Shown here: piece by piece, positions 18,291 through 26,722 of the stretch | Numbering within the stretch: the stretch's first letter is position 1 | How the letters are laid out: each line of letters begins with the position of its first letter | Assembly: GCA_964550035.1 (NCBI GenBank) | Contig: CAZJVU010000002.1 | Coordinates: forward strand, 19,653 to 83,652 | Length of the DNA: 64,000 nucleotides | Direction: 5' to 3' | Source: an uncultured Candidatus Saccharibacteria bacterium | Lineage (GTDB): Bacteria > Patescibacteriota > Saccharimonadia > Saccharimonadales > EFPC-124 | Position numbers and translations under genes: made by a program | Notes under the pieces: generated by a model | Database searches by the model: none | The model's input: only the letters and a program-made list of their open reading frames with translations | What the model was told of the DNA's origin: nothing

Positions 18291-18566
18291 ATGGCTACCC
18301 AGATGGAACGAGAAATCGTTCAGAAAGCGGAAGGTGACGTCGACCGGCTGAGAGAGCTCATCGACAGCTACCACAAGAACGACGAGGAAATCGCTGCGCC
18401 TCACGACGACCTGCTCGACGCAGCACGCGCAGCCGTGGAGCGTGGCAGCGACGTCGGAGGTATCTTCGGGGAAGTGGTGCGCGGGCATGCCTACGCCTAC
18501 TTCCTGTCGGAGCGAAACCGCGCCAAGCATTGGAAGTACTTCGTCAACCTCATCGCACAGCTCTAG
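18291..18566 (+). CDS. hypothetical protein (high-GC cassette gene 1)
   Basis: SD GAAGGGGG then ATG. Protein-like acidic sequence. Confidence 0.45.
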   Translation: MATQMEREIVQKAEGDVDRLRELIDSYHKNDEEIAAPHDDLLDAARAAVERGSDVGGIFGEVVRGHAYAYFLSERNRAKHWKYFVNLIAQL

Positions 18567-18602
18567 CGTCATCCAACCCACCACCAGAGAAAGTGTAGGT
18601 AC

Positions 18603-18917
18603 ATGCAGCTTCTGTCGTGGGGTCACCACCCGATCACCCAGGACGTCGTGATGGAGGTTTCCCCGTTACCCAAGTGGAGCGGCACTAGCCTGGCCGCCGA
18701 GCTCGGACGGTACGTCTCCTCGACCTACTTCGTCCGCGCCCACGCCAACCAGAGCAACACCCACGTCACGCTCACGTTCACCGACGTGGACCTGGCTTGC
18801 TGGGAACTGGAGCAGGCCGAACAGCTCAGCGACTTCAGAGGGCTGGTAGACCAGCTCCGCGAAGAACGGACGGCAGCGCTCGAAAAAGCCGCCGCTCAGG
18901 CGAAAAAGTCTGGCTGA
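18603..18917 (+). CDS. hypothetical protein (high-GC cassette gene 2)
   Basis: ORF in the same orientation. Start uncertain (18603 or 18651). Confidence 0.4.
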   Translation: MQLLSWGHHPITQDVVMEVSPLPKWSGTSLAAELGRYVSSTYFVRAHANQSNTHVTLTFTDVDLACWELEQAEQLSDFRGLVDQLREERTAALEKAAAQAKKSG

Positions 18918-19067
18918 AGCCCTGGAACCCTTCGCCCCCGCAACACGCGGGTGGCGGAGGGTTCCGGCTCACTACAAGTCTCTCTTGATTCTTTCGCGAA
19001 ATGAAATTATAACTATACATCTGCGAAGCCCAACCCTGGGCTCGCATTGGATAGCACGGAGGAGAAC

Positions 19068-19397
19068 ATGTCGTTCACTTACAGACCGGCCGCACGCCTC
19101 GAGGATGTCCTCCCCAAGGCGCTCACATACGCGCAGACGCAGGGCGAAGACGCTGTCTTCACCTTCAACAAAGTCACCATCGTCGTCACAGAGGACTCCA
19201 GCCTGGATCACATCTTTTCGGCCTTCTGCGACGCACCCGAAGGTCGGACCGTCGGACCCTGCAAGCTCAATCTCTGGCGTCGGCTCAAGTCGTCACGGCG
19301 ACCCAAGGTCTCGCGTGACTGGAGACCAATCGAAAAGGCAGCTCTGCGCCTCGCACTTCAGAAATTGCGTGCAACGAGCATTCACCGTATCGGCTAA
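19068..19397 (+). CDS. hypothetical protein (high-GC cassette gene 3)
   Basis: GGAGGAGAAC then ATG (MSFTYRPAARLEDVL...). Confidence 0.45.
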   Translation: MSFTYRPAARLEDVLPKALTYAQTQGEDAVFTFNKVTIVVTEDSSLDHIFSAFCDAPEGRTVGPCKLNLWRRLKSSRRPKVSRDWRPIEKAALRLALQKLRATSIHRIG

Positions 19398-19488
19398 GTC
19401 CGACAAGCCCAAAGAGGCCGGATGCAGGATAAAAACAGATCCTCCATCCGGGCTGATCTAGGGCCGCCCGTGCTATCCCAATTTACCC

Positions 19489-19517
19489 TATACAACAGAT
19501 GTAAATTCCTGTATAAT
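19489..19517 (+). promoter_or_regulatory. rplK promoter with extended -10 (TGTATAAT)
   Basis: TATACA-17-TATAAT with a TG dinucleotide. SD GAAGGAAG precedes the ATG at 19557. Confidence 0.5.
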
Positions 19518-19556
19518 ATCTCCCGTTACGCACTTCTGATAACTTGAAGGAAGATT

Positions 19557-19982
19557 ATGGCAAAGAAAGTAAAAGCAAACCTGAAGTTTCGCGTGCCAGC
19601 CGGCCGCGCTTCAGCAGGACCTCCAGTAGGTTCTATCTTGGGTCAGCACGGCCTGAACCTCATGGACTTCGTGGGCGCATTCAACGACCGTACGAAAGAC
19701 ATGATGGGTAAAGATGTAATGGTTCACGTACAGGTCTTTGAGGACCGCACATTCACGTTCAAGGTTATCGGCCAGCCAGTCGACGACATGATTCGTGAGG
19801 CAATCGGTCTAAAGAAGGGCTCTGGCAAACCACACGTCGAAAAAGTCGGCAAAATCTCTCGCGCTCAGCTCGAAGAAATTGCCAAGGCTAAGATGGACGT
19901 ACTGAACGCCAACGACCTGGACGCAGCCGTTAAGGTTATAGCTGGAACCGCCCGTAGTATGGGCGTCGAAGTCACAGAGTAG
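19557..19982 (+). CDS. rplK: 50S ribosomal protein L11
   Basis: MAKKVKANLKFRVPAGRASAGPPVGSILGQHGLNLMDFVGAFN is a canonical L11 sequence. Confidence 0.95.
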   Translation: MAKKVKANLKFRVPAGRASAGPPVGSILGQHGLNLMDFVGAFNDRTKDMMGKDVMVHVQVFEDRTFTFKVIGQPVDDMIREAIGLKKGSGKPHVEKVGKISRAQLEEIAKAKMDVLNANDLDAAVKVIAGTARSMGVEVTE

Positions 19983-19992
19983 AGCAATACCA

Positions 19993-20274
19993 ATGAGCGC
20001 CGAAGCGTTTCGATCATTTGAGCGAACATTCAACATCGATGAGCAAATCCGCGGCGTTGAAATAGCCGCCAAGTCGATCGTGCGCATTCGGCTGCTCCTC
20101 GCAGAACATCACGACCGCCTCAAGCGTGAGCGCGGCGAAGAGATTGCCAACATGGAGATCATCAAGCATCTCACTAACGCAATCGAAGAGCTCAAGGGAG
20201 AACTTGAGGACGCACTTGCCTTCCTCGAGGAATTCGACCCGGCTCTATTCCAAAAGTTGAAAGATAATAGTTAA
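19993..20274 (+). CDS. hypothetical small helical protein inserted between rplK and rplA
   Basis: 93 aa ORF starting 11 nt after the rplK stop. Charged, coiled-coil-like (EELKGELEDALAFLEEF). Confidence 0.45.
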   Translation: MSAEAFRSFERTFNIDEQIRGVEIAAKSIVRIRLLLAEHHDRLKRERGEEIANMEIIKHLTNAIEELKGELEDALAFLEEFDPALFQKLKDNS

Positions 20275-20319
20275 GTGGGAGGCCCTGAAACGGCCGCACG
20301 CACCACAAGGAGAATCACC

Positions 20320-21270
20320 ATGGCAGAAGACAAAGCCAAGAAGCAAGACGAAGCAGTAGAAGCAACGACCGAAGAAGTCGTAGAAACTCCTGCCGTCGAA
20401 ACACCTGAAGTTACAGAAGAAAAAACCGCAAAAGCCGGCAAGCGCAGCGCCAAGTCGCTCGCCGAAGCCGAAGAGAAGGCCGCCAAAGAAGAGCGTAAAG
20501 TCACTGGCGACACCACTCCGCAAAGCGACGAGGCAAAGGCAAACGACAAGAAGGGCCCAGCCCCAAAGACTCGCACACGCCTCGAGCGCCGCGGCAAAAA
20601 CTACCGTAAAGTAGCCGAACAAGTTGAGGCTACCAAGCTCTACACCCTCGACGAAGCAGTTGCGCTCACCTCCAAGACAAACCCTGCGAAGTTCGACGCA
20701 ACTGTCGAGCTACACATCAACCTCAATGTTGACCCACGCCAGGCTGACCAGAACATTCGCGCAACCGTTGCATTGCCACACGGCACCGGTAAGACTGTTC
20801 GCGTTGCAGTCTTCGCACCAGCCGACCAGCACGACAAAGCTAAGAAGGCTGGCGCTGACATCGTAGGCGAGGAAGATTTCCTGAAGCTTCTCGACAAAGA
20901 GCAACTCGACTTTGATATCCTTGTGGCAACCCCACAGATGATGGCTCGCCTCGGCAAGTATGCTCGTCTGCTCGGTCCACGCGGCCTGATGCCTAACCCT
21001 AAGAGCGGCACCGTCACAGCCAACGTCGCTAAAGCCGTCGAAGAAGCCAAGGCTGGTCGCGTCGAATACCGCGTCGACAAGCAAGGTATCGTGCACCAAG
21101 GCATCGGCAAAGTCAGCTTTGAGGCAGCCAAGCTGAGCGAAAACGCAAAGGCGTTTATCGCTAGCGTGAGCAGCGTTAAACCTGCTAGTATCAAGGGCGC
21201 ATACATTAAGGCCGTCACCGTCAGTACCACTATGGGACCTGGCATCAAGGTTGACGTAAACAGCCTCTAA
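20320..21270 (+). CDS. rplA: 50S ribosomal protein L1 with an ~85 aa Glu/Lys/Ala-rich N-terminal extension
   Basis: SD AAGGAGA then ATG at 20320. The C-terminal 230 aa align to the canonical L1 (LPHGTGKTVRVAVF...GPRGLMPNPKSGTV). The N-terminus (MAEDKAKKQDEAVEATTEEVVETPAVETPEVTEEKTAKAGKRS...) is extra. Confidence 0.9.
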   Translation: MAEDKAKKQDEAVEATTEEVVETPAVETPEVTEEKTAKAGKRSAKSLAEAEEKAAKEERKVTGDTTPQSDEAKANDKKGPAPKTRTRLERRGKNYRKVAEQVEATKLYTLDEAVALTSKTNPAKFDATVELHINLNVDPRQADQNIRATVALPHGTGKTVRVAVFAPADQHDKAKKAGADIVGEEDFLKLLDKEQLDFDILVATPQMMARLGKYARLLGPRGLMPNPKSGTVTANVAKAVEEAKAGRVEYRVDKQGIVHQGIGKVSFEAAKLSENAKAFIASVSSVKPASIKGAYIKAVTVSTTMGPGIKVDVNSL

Positions 21271-21289
21271 ATCCAGAGGGGAGAAAAGG

Positions 21290-21610
21290 GTGGGCGAAAG
21301 AATTAGGCATAGTCGGAGTGGCGAACGACGAGAAGCTGACATTCCTGGAGGCGTCGAGCCATTCGCGCTCAGAGCTATAAAGGCGAGTGTCACCAGAAGA
21401 AGAGCGCTTGTCTCCAGCGCAGATCGACTTGTCCGGAGCATCAACACCCAGCTCGATGGGCCTAGCCGCAATCGCCAATCGCCGACCCCGCCCGATCTGC
21501 CGTCGCCACACCGTGCTGAGCGCGAAGTCGAGATAGACGAAGCACTGCAAACAGCTCGACGGCGAAAGCTCGCCGGTCTGGCGTTCGACCAAGTAACTGA
21601 TCTAGCCTAG
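21290..21610 (+). CDS. possible small hypothetical ORF between rplA and the terminator
   Basis: About 380 bp separates the rplA stop from a strong intrinsic terminator. The ORF is Arg-rich, so coding status is doubtful. Confidence 0.2.
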   Translation: MGERIRHSRSGERREADIPGGVEPFALRAIKASVTRRRALVSSADRLVRSINTQLDGPSRNRQSPTPPDLPSPHRAEREVEIDEALQTARRRKLAGLAFDQVTDLA

Positions 21611-21616
21611 CAAACA

Positions 21617-21648
21617 AAACTCCCCGCACGCACGTCGGGGAGTTTTTT
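21617..21648 (+). terminator. rho-independent terminator
   Basis: Stem CTCCCCG/CGGGGAG with a 9 nt loop, followed by TTTTTT. Confidence 0.7.
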
Positions 21649-21662
21649 GTTAGTATAAAGCT

Positions 21663-22427
21663 ATGGGGTACGTCATCGGGATCACAGGCGATATCGGCAG
21701 CGGCAAAAGCACCTTTGCGGCTCTACTTCGTTCTATGGAGCCGAGCCACGCCATCTACGAGACAAGTGAACTTATTTCCGAAGTCGCCGAGGACTTCAAC
21801 CGCGCGCTGAGCGGAGAGCTGGCCTTTGAGACAACCACAAACAACGTCGAGCTGGTCAATCAAGCGCTCATCTGGTTTATCGAAGCCATTAGCGAGCGAC
21901 TCCATCAGGACGATGTCGTCTGGAATCAGTTAGCCATTACCAAGCACAATCTCGCGGCGCATCCTGAGCTCTTCGAGAAACTGTTCGTCTATCTGGATGC
22001 TGTAAAGAAGCAGCCATCGATGCTCGACACGCGTATTACCACCGAGAATAAAAACCAATACCGTCCACTCCTTCAGTGGCTTGGCGGATACTTGGTTGCC
22101 AAGATAAGCAGTGGTATCTGGTATGATGAGCTATTCCATCGCATCGGTCTGCACGATGCCGACAAAAGCCTTGTGATCATCGGCGGCGTGCGCTACCCAA
22201 ATGACGCGGCGGCTGTTCGCAGCCATGGTGGTATCGTGCTCGGCGTCGAACGCCCCGGCCTTGCGGCTGACGTGGCAGACATCACCGAATCCAGCCGGAG
22301 CCAGATCCAACCCGACGTGCTCGTGCACAATGATGGGTCGCTCGATGAGCTCCAAAAACTCGCTGAGCGGTTCTGGGACGACCTTGGCGCCGGCAACTGT
22401 CAGCAAAACTACAACGCCCACCTCTGA
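21663..22427 (+). CDS. P-loop nucleotide kinase (dNMP-kinase-like / CoaE-like Walker A)
   Basis: GITGDIGSGKST Walker A. Later IIGGVRYPNDAAAV resembles the RFPNE motif of deoxynucleoside monophosphate kinases. Adjacent to dcd-tmk-thyA. Confidence 0.55.
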   Translation: MGYVIGITGDIGSGKSTFAALLRSMEPSHAIYETSELISEVAEDFNRALSGELAFETTTNNVELVNQALIWFIEAISERLHQDDVVWNQLAITKHNLAAHPELFEKLFVYLDAVKKQPSMLDTRITTENKNQYRPLLQWLGGYLVAKISSGIWYDELFHRIGLHDADKSLVIIGGVRYPNDAAAVRSHGGIVLGVERPGLAADVADITESSRSQIQPDVLVHNDGSLDELQKLAERFWDDLGAGNCQQNYNAHL

Positions 22428-22493
22428 GTTATCCCCATTGCCCCAAACCGGTAACTCCGTCACAATATAAAAGACAAATCAAGCGAGGGGACC

Positions 22494-23180
22494 ATGGGGG
22501 TATACAGCAACACTGATATTAAGGCGGCCATTACGTCTGGCCAGCTCGTATTTCATCCGTACATCGAGAGCCACATCAACGGAAGTAGCCTCGACGTTAC
22601 ACTTGGCGAGTGGTATTACAAAACAGAGCGTCAGAATCTCGGTGGCGTCTACAATCCGTTCGACCCCAAGGCCGTTGAGCGCTATTTCGAGGGCCCCTTC
22701 AAGGCTGAGACACACCAATCGTGGTGCGAAAAGCATGGCCGCACGCTCTTTACTGGTATTCCGGCCGACCATCCCATCATTGTGCTCGAACCAGGCGAGC
22801 GAATCTTGGCACACACCCACGAGTTTGTCGGCGTCAAAGGCGATGCCACCAGCACCATGCAAGCACGCAGCACTTGGGGCCGCAACGGTGTCGCAGTCTG
22901 CCTCGACGCCGGCTGGGGCGACCCAGGCTATGTCAATCGCTGGACCATGGAAATCTACAATATGAACCAACGCGACTCGGTCATCCTACCCGTCGGGGAA
23001 CGCATCGCACAGATCGTTTTCTACGGCACCGGCCCTGTCGAAAGCGAATACCACCATCTGAGCGGCAAATACCAAGAGACTGAAGCAAACAATCTCAAGG
23101 CCCTCGTCAAATCCTGGAAGCCCGAACAAATGCTCCCGCGCGCTTTCAAAGACGACCGCAGGAAACCAATCGATGCCTAA
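22494..23180 (+). CDS. dcd: dCTP deaminase family protein (dUTPase fold)
   Basis: GGGGACC then ATG. N-terminal DIKAAITSGQLVFHPY...SLDVTLG, and the overall length fits the Dcd/dUTPase superfamily. Confidence 0.75.
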   Translation: MGVYSNTDIKAAITSGQLVFHPYIESHINGSSLDVTLGEWYYKTERQNLGGVYNPFDPKAVERYFEGPFKAETHQSWCEKHGRTLFTGIPADHPIIVLEPGERILAHTHEFVGVKGDATSTMQARSTWGRNGVAVCLDAGWGDPGYVNRWTMEIYNMNQRDSVILPVGERIAQIVFYGTGPVESEYHHLSGKYQETEANNLKALVKSWKPEQMLPRAFKDDRRKPIDA

Positions 23181-23862
23181 GGGGACATTCATCGTTATCG
23201 ACGGGAGTGACGGCTCCGGCAAAAGCACACAGTACGCCAAGCTCTGTGAACGCCTCGAGGCCGAAGGCATCGCATTCGAAACAATCAAATTTCCGCGACA
23301 CAAGCAGCCGCCCGCGTACTTCGTTGATCGCTATCTTCAGGGGCAGTACGGCCAAGCCGACGAGGTCTCCGCAAAACGAGCGTCTGTCTTTTACGCCGTA
23401 GACCGCTACGATGCAGCCGAGCACATTCGCCAACAGCTCGAAAAGGGTGTGGCGGTAATTGCCGATCGCTACGTTAGCGCCAACATGGGCCATCAGGGTG
23501 CAAAAATGCCCGATACCGAAACTCGTCAAGAATTTTTCGCATGGCTGGACGACTTCGAATTCAACCTCATGGGCATACCACATCCAGACGTGAACATTGT
23601 GCTATCGGTCTCGGACGAGCAAGCCGCGCGCAATATCGCCAAGCGCGCCGCCGAGACGGATAATCCTTCGGACATTCACGAGGCCAATCCCGATTTCCTC
23701 CGTCGATCTGCTGAGACGTACCAACAGATTTGCAAACTTTTCCCCGAACAATATCACCGCATCGACTGCATGCAGGACGACACACGCATGCAACCCGCCG
23801 AAACTATACATAATCAGATATGGGAGCTCGTCCAGGCTAGGCTCCAGAAAGGCGAGAAGTGA
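23173..23862 (+). CDS. tmk: thymidylate kinase
   Basis: [16 protein letters not shown]-loop and the DRY motif ([11 protein letters not shown]). Confidence 0.9.
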   Translation: MPKGTFIVIDGSDGSGKSTQYAKLCERLEAEGIAFETIKFPRHKQPPAYFVDRYLQGQYGQADEVSAKRASVFYAVDRYDAAEHIRQQLEKGVAVIADRYVSANMGHQGAKMPDTETRQEFFAWLDDFEFNLMGIPHPDVNIVLSVSDEQAARNIAKRAAETDNPSDIHEANPDFLRRSAETYQQICKLFPEQYHRIDCMQDDTRMQPAETIHNQIWELVQARLQKGEK

Positions 23863-24779
23863 TGAAACAATATCACGACCTCCTCAAAGACATCAAAGAA
23901 AACGGCACCAAAAAAATGGACCGCACTGGCACCGGCACGCTCAGCGTGTTTGGCCGCCAAATGCGTTTCGACCTGAGCGAAGGGTTCCCGGCTGTCACGA
24001 CCAAGAAGTTATTCCTCCGTGGCATCATCCACGAACTCCTGTGGTTTCTGCAGGGGAGTACAAACATCAAATACCTCGTTGATAATGACGTACACATCTG
24101 GGATGATTGGCCCTTCCGCGCCTACATGCAAAAGACCGGCCAAGACCTTCCCGAGCCAAACAGCGATGAATGGCGCGCCCACATGCGAACATTTACCGAC
24201 AAGATCAAAACCGACGAGAAATTTGCGCAGGAATATGGCGAGCTAGGCCCAGTCTATGGATTCCAGTGGCGCAGTTGGCCGGCGCCCGACGGACGGTACA
24301 TCGATCAGATCCAGCAGGCTATCGACACCATCAAGACCAATCCTGACTCACGCCGAATCATCGTATCGGCCTGGAATGTGGCTGACATCGAACAAATGGC
24401 GAAGGCTGGCCTGCCGCCATGCCACACGCTGTTTCAATTCTATGTGGCCGACGGCAAGCTGAGCTGTCAGCTGTATCAACGCAGCGCGGATACTTTTCTG
24501 GGGGTGCCATTCAACATTGCCAGCTACGCACTCCTCACAATGATGATGGCGCAGGTGACGGGACTCAAGCCCGGCGAGTTCGTTCACACGTTCGGGGACG
24601 CGCACCTGTATGTGAACCATCTGGAGCAAGTCGACCTACAGCTTTCACGAACGCCCAAAAAGCTCCCCACGATGTGGATCAATCCAAAGGTTACTTCACT
24701 CTTCGACTTCACTATCGACGATTTCAAGCTCGAGGGATACGACCCAGACCCGGCTATCAAGGCACCGATAGCGATCTAG
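23859..24779 (+). CDS. thyA: thymidylate synthase (ThyA)
   Basis: [31 protein letters not shown]...[12 protein letters not shown] is a canonical ThyA. ATGA overlap with tmk. Confidence 0.95.
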   Translation: MMKQYHDLLKDIKENGTKKMDRTGTGTLSVFGRQMRFDLSEGFPAVTTKKLFLRGIIHELLWFLQGSTNIKYLVDNDVHIWDDWPFRAYMQKTGQDLPEPNSDEWRAHMRTFTDKIKTDEKFAQEYGELGPVYGFQWRSWPAPDGRYIDQIQQAIDTIKTNPDSRRIIVSAWNVADIEQMAKAGLPPCHTLFQFYVADGKLSCQLYQRSADTFLGVPFNIASYALLTMMMAQVTGLKPGEFVHTFGDAHLYVNHLEQVDLQLSRTPKKLPTMWINPKVTSLFDFTIDDFKLEGYDPDPAIKAPIAI

Positions 24780-24786
24780 CGGTCAG

Positions 24787-25623
24787 CTACTCGGCGTCTT
24801 GGTCTGCACGCCGGATTTTCTTGTACTTACGATCAGCGTAATACGTTGTAACAGCGGGCGCGAGCATGGCGTCGCGAGCGCTGATCGCCTCCTCAATAAC
24901 AGACGGAGCTACATAGTCAGGATTACTGGTAATCTCACCAGCGACCGTGCCACCTGTGGTTGCTTCGCGAATTTCTTTGGCGGCCCGGGGGCTTGCATCC
25001 TCAAGCCTGTCAAAGTCGAGCACAAACTCTGACACTTTATCGATCTCGAGATTCACATCGGCCGCCATAGCGTCACCACGCGGCACAAACACCCCGGAGT
25101 AATTGCCGCCGACCGGACGCATGTCAGGGAACTCGCGCGGCACAGGCGTAGTAGCCAAGAGCAATCGCTTGCGGCGAACTGCGATAAGTCCACGACCGCT
25201 CAACAGCCCCGGATCGATCATAATGCGCAGCTTTGCCTCTGGTGTATCGCGCTCAACCATTCCTTCGATCTCGCCACTAACGAAAAGCCCGGTGGCGATT
25301 TCACCGATTTCGCGCTCTGCTTCGATGGTCGCATTCCAGTCGCCGCCATTCTCAACACGCGTCAGGTCGACCGTACGAAACGATTCGTGCGCGGCCATAA
25401 CCGCCCATCGCGCCAACGCGCCCTCGGCCCGGCTCAACTCACGGCGCAGATGTCGCTCTGTCAGACCGCCAACCTCAATATGTAAATCTCGAAATAAGTT
25501 CGCTACTTCGTGGGCTTGGCTTCGCATCCGCGATATATCAGTCAGTTCGCCCAACGCCGTCTCAATGTCGCGAGAATCTTCGAATCCACCTCGGGGGAGT
25601 GTGGGTTCACGTAATTCTCTCAT
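24787..25623 (-). CDS. hypothetical protein (278 aa), convergent with thyA
   Basis: Long protein-like ORF at about 60% GC. No motif recognised. Confidence 0.5.
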   Translation of the reverse strand: MRELREPTLPRGGFEDSRDIETALGELTDISRMRSQAHEVANLFRDLHIEVGGLTERHLRRELSRAEGALARWAVMAAHESFRTVDLTRVENGGDWNATIEAEREIGEIATGLFVSGEIEGMVERDTPEAKLRIMIDPGLLSGRGLIAVRRKRLLLATTPVPREFPDMRPVGGNYSGVFVPRGDAMAADVNLEIDKVSEFVLDFDRLEDASPRAAKEIREATTGGTVAGEITSNPDYVAPSVIEEAISARDAMLAPAVTTYYADRKYKKIRRADQDAE

Positions 25624-25773
25624 AATTAAAAATCCTTCATTACTTTACTGAATGTTCCGTACGTTCGTCAAATTTGGTTCGTGGAGCGTGGTTATTGGGG
25701 TGGGGAGGGCCGAGGATCACTCAGCCCTCCCCAGCACCCGATCGTCAGCGCTCCGGTAGGAGCAGACTAACGA

Positions 25774-26109
25774 TCATCGCCGAGCGGCTCGACGTGGCCG
25801 GCCGTGCCGTGGACGATCCGACGCCTTGCCGGTGTTGCTCGACGGCTCGGTCGGCTGACCGTTTTCGACGCCGTTGTCCGTGTCACCGTGACCGTTCAGC
25901 GAAGCGATGGCCTTGTCCGCCTCCCAGTCCTTGGGCAGTATCGCCCGCAGCCATTCGTCGCGATCGTAGCCTGTTGGCTTGAAAACCAACAGGCTCACCG
26001 TTCGCAGCCTGACCATCTCGGTGTTTTTCCCCGGAGCGTGAAGTGCGGTGAGCAGGCTGTTCCGCTTGTTCCGTCCTTGGCCCTCCAGGGGCGGGGTTCG
26101 ACGAGTCAT
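25774..26109 (-). CDS. possible hypothetical protein in a high-GC islet
   Basis: ORF with an Arg-rich tail. Coding status uncertain. Confidence 0.2.
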   Translation of the reverse strand: MTRRTPPLEGQGRNKRNSLLTALHAPGKNTEMVRLRTVSLLVFKPTGYDRDEWLRAILPKDWEADKAIASLNGHGDTDNGVENGQPTEPSSNTGKASDRPRHGRPRRAARR

Positions 26110-26445
26110 GATGGCCCTTCGACGACGAGATACGACGCCCCTAGCCAGAGCGAGCGTCGGGGTGCTATCTGCCCCTCAGGGCCGAGGCGGCCAGTTGCCT
26201 AGACTCAGAGCGACAGATAACGTTTGACTTTCGTAAGGTGCAAAAAACGAGCTCTCCCTTCGGTTGAGCTCGGTCCTAGTGTCTTCTGATGTGTGAACTG
26301 AGCTAACCGTTATGCGGGACACGAATAATAATGAGGCCAAATTTCTTGGTCATCATAGACTCGTGCTGTACACAAAGGTTTAAGGCGTTCACAATACTAT
26401 TTTTACGGTACTCTCTGTGGATTGTCAAGAAACCACACAAAAATG

Positions 26446-26475
26446 TTGACTTTTGAGCATCAGGTGGATTATAAA
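26446..26475 (+). promoter_or_regulatory. near-consensus sigma70 promoter TTGACT-17-TTATAA
   Basis: Hexamers at 26446-26451 and 26469-26474. Predicted TSS about 26481, at the ATG of a small ORF. Confidence 0.5.
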
Positions 26476-26478
26476 CAA

Positions 26479-26568
26479 ATGGTATGCAACAACGCACGCC
26501 TAACTGCTACTGGATGTTTATTCTCCACGTGTCCCACGGGGACTTGGTTAGTGCGCGCATATAGATAG
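26479..26568 (+). CDS. candidate leaderless small ORF (29 aa, Thr/Cys-rich: MVCNNARLTATGCLFSTCPTGTWLVRAYR), or a non-coding leader RNA
   Basis: Lies between a strong promoter and a perfect intrinsic terminator. No SD, consistent with a leaderless start. Confidence 0.25.
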   Translation: MVCNNARLTATGCLFSTCPTGTWLVRAYR

Positions 26569-26589
26569 CGATCAGATTGCAAGAGCACA

Positions 26590-26618
26590 CCGAGTCCCAC
26601 CGCGGACTCGGTTTTTTT
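26590..26618 (+). terminator. perfect rho-independent terminator or attenuator upstream of the ATP-grasp-like operon
   Basis: 8 bp stem CCGAGTCC/GGACTCGG, 6 nt loop, then T7. Confidence 0.75.
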
Positions 26619-26722
26619 ATTGCGTACGGCGTGCCACGCCATCGGCTCATTCATCCCTTGTGAGCCGATGGGGCAGCAAGCCCCTTGACCTTACCGGTCA
26701 AGTCCCGTCAGAGGAGACATCC

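Noticed and set aside
25804-26202. Plus-strand 132 aa ORF in the 25.7-26.2 kb high-GC islet
   Set aside because: Arg/Pro-rich shadow. The coding status of the whole islet is uncertain, and only the minus-strand ORF was listed, at low confidence.
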